61,958 nt of DNA from Patescibacteria group bacterium. GTDB lineage: Bacteria; Patescibacteriota; Minisyncoccia; Phycocordibacterales; UBA2100. The position numbers and the translations under genes are program-made. Location of the stretch: NCBI GenBank assembly GCA_038064835.1, contig JBBTSD010000010.1, positions 1-61,958 of the forward strand, written 5' to 3'. This document shows, piece after piece, positions 46,832 to 54,314 of the stretch (positions are counted from its first letter, which is position 1; the number at the start of each line of letters is the position of its first letter). The notes under the pieces were generated by a model. The model saw only the letters and a list, made by a program, of their open reading frames with translations. It was not told the DNA's origin and did no database searches.

Positions 46832-47386
46832 CTAGTCTCGCAGTAGTATATCGGCTAGTGAGTTGATTGCGCGAACACTATCATCGTGGTCATTGTGTGG
46901 TGCACGCATAAGAAATGCACGGTCAGTGACAGGGGTCGCGTCGCGCACATGTCGTGGATCATCGTCAACAAACACATTCGCACCGCGAATGTACTCGACC
47001 TTACTTTCATTGTGTCCAACACCCACGCACTCAAGTGGCGTCCCATGAGCAACAAGCCACCGCTCTGCATCCCTCAACATATCTCCCGTGCGTGCGGTCA
47101 CTACGCGTACCTGCACACCTTTTTCAGTCCACAGCGCAATGGTTTCTAATGATTCGGGATACGGTGCCAACTCTTGGATCGACAGAGGGTTCGTATATGC
47201 CTCGTTTTGTATATCACGATATTCATTGAGCGTGAGCGAGCTCTTCCCTGCTTCTATGCGGCCACTAGATAATTCGCCAGGTTCCACTGCGCGAGCGAGC
47301 ATTCGTTCAGCGATAGTTTTTTTAAGTGCCGCCGTGTCCGCGATGACGCCATCAAAATCAAGAACGATAAGGTGATTCATATTCAT
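46832..47386 (-). CDS. HAD-family 5'(3')-deoxyribonucleotidase-like protein
   Basis: Motif I is LDFDGVIAD, with VVTAR and VFVDDDP also present, and a C-terminal FLMRAPHND resembling NT5C/YorS-type enzymes. The start is placed at ATG 47386, because the ORF-track start is a TTG. Confidence 0.55.
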   Translation of the reverse strand: MNMNHLIVLDFDGVIADTAALKKTIAERMLARAVEPGELSSGRIEAGKSSLTLNEYRDIQNEAYTNPLSIQELAPYPESLETIALWTEKGVQVRVVTARTGDMLRDAERWLVAHGTPLECVGVGHNESKVEYIRGANVFVDDDPRHVRDATPVTDRAFLMRAPHNDHDDSVRAINSLADILLRD

Positions 47387-47428
47387 ATATTCATTAAAAC
47401 ATAGGACGGCCACCAAAGTGGCCGTACC

Positions 47429-48088
47429 CTACCCGTCTAGCCCCACATACTTCAGATTGCGGAACAACTCGGGCCGAAGGTTATTGTAGCGCTCTTCCCG
47501 CGGCGGCTTCGTATTCACAACACGCACCTGATCCCACTCATGAAGATCTGTAGGAAACCGTGCTGTCACTGGTTCCACAATAACCGTTTCAAGTGTCGTG
47601 CCAATCTGTTTTGCAAGATACATGCGATGTACCCCATCCAGCAAAACCCACCCACTAGGACCGCATTCGACAATAGGAGGCACATAATGCGCAATTGCCG
47701 ACACTCCTGTCTGTGTCTTTCCATAGGCAATACATGCCCCGAGTTTCGCCATGCCTCGTGCGACACAAAATGCACCGAACGACGCCTCGAAGCCTTCGAG
47801 AAATTGCTGGTACTTGCTTCGTTCGACAAATGTCTGCCCCAGACGAACAGCATGCGGGTCTACTCGAAGCGTAGTGATACGCGCGTGTTTGTACACATCT
47901 CCTCGCCCATCTGCAAGCGGCACTGCACACATTACTGCACGCAGATAATCGCGGCGCATAGGTTGAACACTTTCGATACTTGCGAGTTGACGCAATGACA
48001 CCACCTCACTACACTCTCCCGTTGTATGCGGGAGTACAGCAAGTCGCACCCGTGCAAGAAACTCATCTATGGGGATTGGATCAAACAT
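47429..48088 (-). CDS. ParB/Srx-fold domain protein
   Basis: The C-terminal half, YVPPIVECGPSGWVLLDGVHRMYLAKQIGTTLETVIVE, matches the ParB-like nuclease/NTPase core (P.iv....g.y.llDG.HR..A....G....v.v). Confidence 0.5.
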   Translation of the reverse strand: MFDPIPIDEFLARVRLAVLPHTTGECSEVVSLRQLASIESVQPMRRDYLRAVMCAVPLADGRGDVYKHARITTLRVDPHAVRLGQTFVERSKYQQFLEGFEASFGAFCVARGMAKLGACIAYGKTQTGVSAIAHYVPPIVECGPSGWVLLDGVHRMYLAKQIGTTLETVIVEPVTARFPTDLHEWDQVRVVNTKPPREERYNNLRPELFRNLKYVGLDG

Positions 48089-48198
48089 GTCCTGCCACCT
48101 TGTACATATACCTGCGCACAGTGTGGGTGCATATACACCCTGCTTCTAGACAACACCGGTTGCCTCAAGCGGACTTGACTCAAATCTGACCAGCGCGT

Positions 48199-48888
48199 AT
48201 GTATACTACATCTATGGAAATGCACATGATCCAACGACACATACTCCGTAGGCTCGCGTCTCACAAAACACTGCGTTATGGCGAAATGAAACCAGCCCAC
48301 ATCGAAGGCAACCAATTCAGCTACCACCTCAAGACCCTTATTCGTCTTGGTTTTGTTGCACACAAAGATCGCGGATACAACCTTTCTACCAAAGGTGTCC
48401 ACTACTCAACCCAGGTCAATTTCGAACATTTTTCGGTGCGTATCCAACCAAAAATAGCCACGCTTATTGTCTGCAAAAACAACGCGGGAAAATATCTTAT
48501 ATACACAAGAAACAAACAGCCGTTCATTGGTATGGACGGATTTCCGTACGGGAAGATCCACCTAGGGGAACGGATTGCCGTTGCCGCCAAGCGCGAGCTG
48601 CAGGAAAAAATCGGCATCAGTGCAAGGCTTGCTCACAAAGGAATGATGTATTTGGCAGTTACTGATCATGCGGGCGAAATGATTGCACACACCTTGTTCC
48701 ATGTGTTTTTGGGAACGACCGACAAAAACGGGGCTTCTACAGAATCCCCCTTGGGCCGTATCCGCTGGCTCAGTGAAAAAGAACTCCTCGCGCAGAATGT
48801 TATGCCCGGTGTCCCTGAGGCACTTAAGATGGCAAAAAGCACTTCGCGCTGCTTGGCATTTGAAGAATACGAATTCCAAGAAGGATGA
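48199..48888 (+). CDS. winged-helix + Nudix hydrolase fusion
   Basis: The N-terminal wHTH is ILRRLASHKTLRYGEMKP...NQFSYHLKTLIRLGFV. The Nudix box is GKIHLGERIAVAAKRELQEKIGI (Gx5Ex7REUxEExGU). Confidence 0.8.
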   Translation: MYTTSMEMHMIQRHILRRLASHKTLRYGEMKPAHIEGNQFSYHLKTLIRLGFVAHKDRGYNLSTKGVHYSTQVNFEHFSVRIQPKIATLIVCKNNAGKYLIYTRNKQPFIGMDGFPYGKIHLGERIAVAAKRELQEKIGISARLAHKGMMYLAVTDHAGEMIAHTLFHVFLGTTDKNGASTESPLGRIRWLSEKELLAQNVMPGVPEALKMAKSTSRCLAFEEYEFQEG

Positions 48889-48977
48889 AGGGCACGCGAT
48901 TCGTCCAGCGTAGTTACCTTGCGTGAACAAGGTGTGCGCCGTAGAGTGCGCACAGAAAATCTTTGAAAGGACAGATC

Positions 48978-49868
48978 ATGTACTTGCCGTATAGAAAGCG
49001 TACGCCCGATACTCAGTACCAGGAAGCACTCCGCTTCATCATGAAGTGTGGGGATATCCTAGAAACTCCGCAAGATGTACCTGCGCGCACCTGCTTCGGG
49101 GTATCGCCCCCTCTTGTGTATTTCCTACACAACGGTGCGCCCATCATCACCGAACGACAGATGGGATGGCGCGCGCCGATTGGTGAGATGTGTGCATTCA
49201 TCAACGGTGTGCAGGACTTTGCGGTGATGAAGTCGGAGTTTGGTGTTCCCGCTCCTTTTTGGGAGCCATGGGTGACCGAACAGAAATGCGCAAAAGTCGG
49301 TGCAGAGACAGGTCATTTAGGCGACGCCTCGTATGGACCGGCTCTTGCCGCATTCCCGATGTCTGACGGCCGCACTTTTGACCAGTTTGCCCATGTGGTG
49401 AACATGCTTTCGGACGCAAAGCTCCGGAAGCGACGCACCATCTATGCAACCGCTTGGATTCCATTCATGAATGGGTGGGGTGGAAACCAGCGTGCGGTCG
49501 TATCACCATGTCATGGCTTCATTCACTTTCGTGCCATTGGTAACAAACTTGACCTTGTGTCATGGCATCGCTCGGCTGATATGCCACTCGGTTTCCCGAA
49601 TGACATGATTGCATACACCGCGCTTCTGCTTGCGGTGGGACATCTCACCAAGCTCGCACCTCGGCGCATCATCTTTCAGCTGAGCGATGCGCATATCTAC
49701 GAGAATCAGGTCGAGGCGGTCCGCACGCTCGCGTATTCTGAGCCGCGTCGTCTGCCAACACTGACGCTGGTGCATGATATTCAAAACCTGCGCGAGCTCC
49801 GGAGAGAACATTTTGAACTCACGGACTATCACCCACACGCTCGGATGAACATCCCCACATCTGTGTAA
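48978..49868 (+). CDS. thymidylate-synthase (ThyA) family enzyme with Asp at the Asn177-equivalent position
   Basis: It aligns without gaps to E. coli ThyA from Cys146 to Tyr181: SPCHGFIHFRAIGNKLDLVSWHRSADMPLGFPNDMIAY. Cys146, Arg166, Ser167, Asp169, Gly173 and Pro175 are conserved, and position 177 is Asp. Also conserved: RRTIYATAW (R126/R127), FWEPW and DAHIY. The start at ATG 48978 follows an AAAGGA RBS. Confidence 0.85.
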   Translation: MYLPYRKRTPDTQYQEALRFIMKCGDILETPQDVPARTCFGVSPPLVYFLHNGAPIITERQMGWRAPIGEMCAFINGVQDFAVMKSEFGVPAPFWEPWVTEQKCAKVGAETGHLGDASYGPALAAFPMSDGRTFDQFAHVVNMLSDAKLRKRRTIYATAWIPFMNGWGGNQRAVVSPCHGFIHFRAIGNKLDLVSWHRSADMPLGFPNDMIAYTALLLAVGHLTKLAPRRIIFQLSDAHIYENQVEAVRTLAYSEPRRLPTLTLVHDIQNLRELRREHFELTDYHPHARMNIPTSV

Positions 49869-49877
49869 GGAGGATAT

Positions 49878-50333
49878 ATGACCGTCAACTTTGACCATGC
49901 GCGCGACGACGAGCAGCGCCGTCGCATGCAACGCGCACTCGACACTGGAGAATGTCTCTTGTGTCGCGAAAATATCGAGCGCTACCATGACCGTCCAATT
50001 CTATTGGAGGGCGCCTACTGGCTTGTAACTGAAAATGCTTTTCCGTACGAAGGCGCAACACTGCACCATTTGGTGGTGTATACCAGGGGTCATGAAACTG
50101 ACTTTCGTGCCATACCCCCCGAGGCATGGACAGAGCTCCAGGTACTACTTAGTTCTGTTGCCGACACACACGGTGTTTCAGGTGGCTCGCTCGTGATGCG
50201 CTTTGGTGACACGAAAATCACCGGCGCCACATTGGCACACCTGCACGCACATCTCATTGTCGGTGAACCTTTCGCAGACAAACGAAATGAATCTCTTCGT
50301 GTAAAAGTTGGATACAAGAAGGCCTCGGGATAA
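49878..50333 (+). CDS. HIT-family nucleotide hydrolase/transferase
   Basis: The histidine triad is AHLHAHLIVG. A perfect AAGGAGG RBS lies 6 nt upstream. Confidence 0.8.
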   Translation: MTVNFDHARDDEQRRRMQRALDTGECLLCRENIERYHDRPILLEGAYWLVTENAFPYEGATLHHLVVYTRGHETDFRAIPPEAWTELQVLLSSVADTHGVSGGSLVMRFGDTKITGATLAHLHAHLIVGEPFADKRNESLRVKVGYKKASG

Positions 50334-50346
50334 TCCGAGGCCTTTT
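50321..50346 (+). terminator. terminator overlapping the HIT stop codon
   Basis: GGCCTCGGGATAATCCGAGGCCTTTT. The TAA stop (50331-50333) sits in the loop. Confidence 0.8.
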
Positions 50347-50350
50347 CTTA

Positions 50351-50506
50351 TACCATCTCCAATTAACGCTCCGACACTAATACATTCTTGAATTTTGAGC
50401 GAGAAACGAGTCGGAGCGCAAGTCATATCGAGATATGGCGAGCGCGAGACGAAGTTTTGCAGCCTAAATTCAAGAATGTATGTGGGATGGCTAATTGGAG
50501 ATGGTA
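50351..50506. mobile_element. MITE-like palindromic element, copy 2 (156 bp)
   Basis: Termini are TACCATCTCCAATTAACGCTCCG (left) and, read as the reverse complement, TACCATCTCCAATTAGCCATCCC (right). An inner inverted pair is ACATTCTTGAATTT (50382-50395) and AAATTCAAGAATGT (50466-50479). TTA flanks both ends directly (50348-50350 and 50507-50509); the second is the stop codon of the minus-strand deaminase gene. Confidence 0.6.
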
Positions 50507-51370
50507 TTACACCACATACACAAGCTCTACACCCGCGCTCTTCAGTACATCAGGGGTGTTAAGCCCGTAACTTCCAGAACTGAAGAAGAGTTTCTTGATA
50601 CCTGCGCGTGCAACAATCTTGGCGCACGGTTCGCATGGGAATGTGGTGATATGAAGGTCACACCCTTCTGTCCGCACACCTCTGCGTGCCGCCTCGGCAA
50701 CAAGCACCGATTCGGCATGTTCGGCAGTGCTCGTCTCGATCATCTGTCCGCTTTTAAAAAGCGACCGAGGATCGCCATACACATAGGGCATTTGTTCATG
50801 AGGCACATGTGTATTATGTGCAACTAAAAGCACTTCCCCATCTCGACTCAAGACAGCGCCTACTTGCCGCCACCAATCGCCGCTTTTTACGGATTCGCCA
50901 CCCGCAATCTTGAGAAGCTCTCTGTCACGGAATGCGCTTGAGACAGTGAAGTCCGCAACTAGTGATGCGTCTTCTCGTGCCTGTACGCGCTGTCTATCGA
51001 ACCGCAGGAAAAAAGGTGAGAAAGACACTACTTTTCCGGGAAGGAATTTCTCGGCAAAAGCGTGCGACACATCTTCGTCCGGCATGGTAACGAGAGATGT
51101 GGATGCCTGGATCAGTGGGATTGTTTCTTCGTCGAGTACGCACACCGCAATCCTTTTTGAAAGAGTGCCGAGAGCTCGTGCCATTACTTCAGTTGGCACA
51201 GCCCGTACGACATCTTTCCGCACCACATATTCCAACTCGACACCAAGGTGCGAGACAATATCCGGCAACAGCAGATACAGTGTTTTGAGAGAAAAACCGC
51301 ACTGCTCGATGAACCGCATGTACCCACGATGAAGCACCGGCACATAGGCAATAGCAACGGTATCACTCAT
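50507..51370 (-). CDS. dCMP deaminase (CDA fold) with an unrecognised ~130-aa N-terminal domain
   Basis: The C-terminal zinc motifs are TAEHAESVLVAEAARRG and TTFPCEPCAKIVARAGIKKLFF. The N-terminal segment IAYVPVLHRGYMRFIEQ may be a degenerate HxGH nucleotidyltransferase-like motif. Confidence 0.8.
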   Translation of the reverse strand: MSDTVAIAYVPVLHRGYMRFIEQCGFSLKTLYLLLPDIVSHLGVELEYVVRKDVVRAVPTEVMARALGTLSKRIAVCVLDEETIPLIQASTSLVTMPDEDVSHAFAEKFLPGKVVSFSPFFLRFDRQRVQAREDASLVADFTVSSAFRDRELLKIAGGESVKSGDWWRQVGAVLSRDGEVLLVAHNTHVPHEQMPYVYGDPRSLFKSGQMIETSTAEHAESVLVAEAARRGVRTEGCDLHITTFPCEPCAKIVARAGIKKLFFSSGSYGLNTPDVLKSAGVELVYVV

Positions 51371-52011
51371 GTCGAATCTCCTTCTTTCTTTCCACTTACC
51401 GTCGAAAGCGTATCTTGAAGAATGCGCGGGATTTCATCTTGGAGACGCTTGGCGAAAGCCTCGAGCCCATCAATCATCATGAGCCGCAACCGTGCTGTTG
51501 TACCCTTCTGTGACTGTGCCTCAAGCACATGAAGTTCACCACAGTACTCCTTCATGCCTTTGATCTCGTCCTCTTTATGTTCGCTTGTGTGCGACACAAT
51601 GAGCACGTGCGGGCGAACCGCCTTGAGCAGTTCCCATTTGGGTGCGTCAACGTGTTTGAGCACCACCAGATTTACATACCGCAAGTGCGCAAGCATCACC
51701 ATTCGTTCGTCTTCACCAACGATTGGGCGAAACTTGCCTTTGCGTTTCTTGACCTTGGCGTCTGAGTCAACACCGACCACCAAAAATGTCCCGCGCTCGC
51801 GCGCTCGCGACAGGTACTCAGCATGTCCGGTATGGACCAAGTCCCATGTACCCGATGTGAGCACAATCTTTTGACCGAGCATCTTCGCGGCTTCCACAAT
51901 GCGGGCAACCTCGTCGATATCTCGTTTGATGCGCTCTGCGCAGTTTGCCTCGGTACCGAGGACACCGCCATAAACGCCCATGCGTCCATGCTCCTTTTTC
52001 ACAACACTCAT
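51367..52011 (-). CDS. cytidylyltransferase-family (TagD / RfaE-domain-II-like) nucleotidyltransferase
   Basis: LTSGTWDLVHTGHAEYLSRARERGTFLVVGVDSD is the (T/H)xGH motif in a Rossmann context. Its stop overlaps the deaminase start (ATGA). Confidence 0.75.
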   Translation of the reverse strand: MSVVKKEHGRMGVYGGVLGTEANCAERIKRDIDEVARIVEAAKMLGQKIVLTSGTWDLVHTGHAEYLSRARERGTFLVVGVDSDAKVKKRKGKFRPIVGEDERMVMLAHLRYVNLVVLKHVDAPKWELLKAVRPHVLIVSHTSEHKEDEIKGMKEYCGELHVLEAQSQKGTTARLRLMMIDGLEAFAKRLQDEIPRILQDTLSTVSGKKEGDST

Positions 52012-52132
52012 AGCTTCTCCTTAGATAACACGCGTATGCCCTTGCACACAAAGTCAAATTCATTGTACTCAAGTGTTCTTCCCCTAGACGCGCTCCTGCG
52101 CTACCATACCGAAAGGGACGGAGAGCAAGTCA

Positions 52133-52633
52133 ATGCTTCATGGTAAAAAAATCTCGATTATTGTCGCCTGTACTCCTGCGTGGGTTATTGGTTACAAAAA
52201 CACGATTCCCTGGAAAGCGCCTGCTGACCTTGCTCGGTTCAAACGCCTTACCATGGGCCACGATGTGGTGATGGGGCGTACGACATACGACTCCATTATC
52301 GCGAAATTAAAAAAACCACTTCCTGGGCGCCACACCATTGTGGTGACTCGGAATAGCTGTCTCGGCAGTAACACGGACCGTACCATTGCACATTCGTTTG
52401 ATGAAGCTGTTTTGCAAGCCCGAGGCGACGAAGTGTTTGTTGCTGGAGGTGCCGAGATATACAAGTTGGCACTTCCCCACGCCGACACCCTGCATCTCAC
52501 GCTCGTCTATACAAAAACTTTAGGCGATACGCACTTCCCTTGGTGGAACTCTGATGAATGGCATCTTGTCATCGAGCGCACTGATCCTGGAAGCACTCCG
52601 CAGACCAAATACATTCAGTACAAACGAACCTAA
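52133..52633 (+). CDS. folA: dihydrofolate reductase
   Basis: ISIIVA...VIGYKNTIPWKAPADLARFKRLTMGHDVVMGRTTYDSI...RHTIVVTRN...VFVAGGAEIY. Confidence 0.9.
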   Translation: MLHGKKISIIVACTPAWVIGYKNTIPWKAPADLARFKRLTMGHDVVMGRTTYDSIIAKLKKPLPGRHTIVVTRNSCLGSNTDRTIAHSFDEAVLQARGDEVFVAGGAEIYKLALPHADTLHLTLVYTKTLGDTHFPWWNSDEWHLVIERTDPGSTPQTKYIQYKRT

Positions 52634-52640
52634 CAACGCA

Positions 52641-52667
52641 AAGGCCGGGTATGGTACCCGGCCTTTT
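52641..52667 (+). terminator. terminator after folA
   Basis: AAGGCCGGGTATGGTACCCGGCCTTTT. Confidence 0.8.
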
Positions 52668-52812
52668 ATGCGTATTCACTTTTACAGAACCGACGGAATT
52701 GGATGTATTTCAAGGCGCGAGGAAGTGATTTTCGCAGGCGTACTGCATAGTACGACGGAGAAAATCAACGACCGAAGCAACGAAGAAAGACTCCAATTCC
52801 ATCGGTTCTGCG

Positions 52813-53235
52813 TTATTCAACATCAATACCCATTGAGCGCGCTGTACCCGCGAGAATCCTTTTCGCAGCGACAAGCGAGCCAGCGTTGAGATCCTCCATT
52901 TTTTCTTGCGCAACCTGCGTCAACTGTGCGTCGGTAATCTTCCCGGCCTTTTCTGCAGGGGTGCGCCCTGAACCTTTTTCTTTACCGATTGCTTTGAGCA
53001 AGAGTCTCGAAGCTGGTGGCTTCTTGAGAATGAAAGTGAAAGTGCGATCTTCGTAGATAGTGATAAGCGCCGGAATGATGTTCCCCATCAACTCACGCGT
53101 CTGCGTGTTGAATTGGTTGACGAACTCGCCAATGTTGATTCCGGTCGGGCCAAGCGCAGTACCTACAGGTGGCGCAGGAGTTGCCTTGCCGGCAGCAATC
53201 TGCAATTTCACCATTTTTGTTATTTTCTTTGCCAT
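52813..53235 (-). CDS. rplK: 50S ribosomal protein L11
   Basis: MAKKITKMVKLQIAAGKATPAPPVGTALGPTGINIGEFVNQFN... Confidence 0.95.
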   Translation of the reverse strand: MAKKITKMVKLQIAAGKATPAPPVGTALGPTGINIGEFVNQFNTQTRELMGNIIPALITIYEDRTFTFILKKPPASRLLLKAIGKEKGSGRTPAEKAGKITDAQLTQVAQEKMEDLNAGSLVAAKRILAGTARSMGIDVE

Positions 53236-53259
53236 ATGTTTCTGTTAAGGAAAATTTGT

Positions 53260-53805
53260 TTAAATCCTCTGCACTTGGTCTGCTTCAAGCTCTACCGGAG
53301 TCTCGCGGCCGAACATGGGGACCATCACCTTAACCTTTCCGCGCGCCTCGTCAATCTCGCCGACTTTTCCTTCCAAATCCTTGAAAGGGCCGTCGATAAT
53401 CAACACCGCGTCGTCTGGCATAAGATCGATGGTGTGTTTTGGCGAATCGGTGTTCATACGCGAGAAAATAGAGTCTACTTCCTTTTTGGAAAGTGGGACC
53501 GCCTGATTTGCAGTACCAACAAAACCTGTCACCTGTGGTGTGTTGCGCACCACACTCCACGCGTCGTCTGTAGGGACCATGTCTACCAACACATATCCTG
53601 AGAGAATTTTCTCACGAACCTCTGCTTTCTTCCCCCCTTTGATACGAATCTTTTTTTCGACAGGCACCACCACATCAAAAATTTTGTCCTTCATGCCAAA
53701 AGATTCTGTCCGCTGTCGTAAGTTGCGTGCAACTGCATCTTCATAACCTGAATAGGTGTGCACCGCGTACCACCCTCTTAATGCGCCATGTACTTGTTTT
53801 GCCAT
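53260..53805 (-). CDS. nusG: transcription termination/antitermination factor NusG
   Basis: The NGN domain contains WYAVHTYSGYEDAV. The KOW motif is IIDGPFKDLEGKVGEIDEARGKVKVMV. Confidence 0.93.
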   Translation of the reverse strand: MAKQVHGALRGWYAVHTYSGYEDAVARNLRQRTESFGMKDKIFDVVVPVEKKIRIKGGKKAEVREKILSGYVLVDMVPTDDAWSVVRNTPQVTGFVGTANQAVPLSKKEVDSIFSRMNTDSPKHTIDLMPDDAVLIIDGPFKDLEGKVGEIDEARGKVKVMVPMFGRETPVELEADQVQRI

Positions 53806-53811
53806 ACTAAA

Positions 53812-54099
53812 TTATTCAATACCTGTTACATCAAATGTAGGGATAGTGGGGGCAGGCGGCGTAGTTGTCGCGTCGATAGTCACCGGATCAAGAGTAATTG
53901 CGGGTGGCGTTTGGTTTGTAGAACTGAGAAATTCGCCAAGCCCTTTAGTGAAGACGAAGTCGAAAAACCCGAGATAAAACGCGACGATAATCGATACTCC
54001 GATAACCAAAGCTGTGTAGGTGATGGTTTGTGCCTGTGTTGGCCACGCAACATGGTTAAGCTCACCCCTCGTGTCTTTAATATATTGTGTAAAGCTCAT
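53812..54099 (-). CDS. secE: preprotein translocase subunit SecE (with C-terminal extension)
   Basis: FTQYIKDTRGELNHVAWPTQAQTITYTALVIGVSIIVAFYLGFFDFVF, located upstream of nusG. Confidence 0.85.
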   Translation of the reverse strand: MSFTQYIKDTRGELNHVAWPTQAQTITYTALVIGVSIIVAFYLGFFDFVFTKGLGEFLSSTNQTPPAITLDPVTIDATTTPPAPTIPTFDVTGIE

Positions 54100-54314
54100 A
54101 TGTGATTGATGCTTGCCGATTTTAACTTATTTCTCTTGTTTTCCTAGCCAAAAACGCCCCTTGGGCGCCTCGTATTTAGTATGATACACCCACGCACAGA
54201 AAAGTCAATTGTACTACGAAGCGGTACCTGACACCATTTTCACTTAATTAAGTAAAAATTTTTCCGCAAAAGATGCTATGATTTAGCAATTATTATCAAT
54301 AAAATGCGTAAAAT

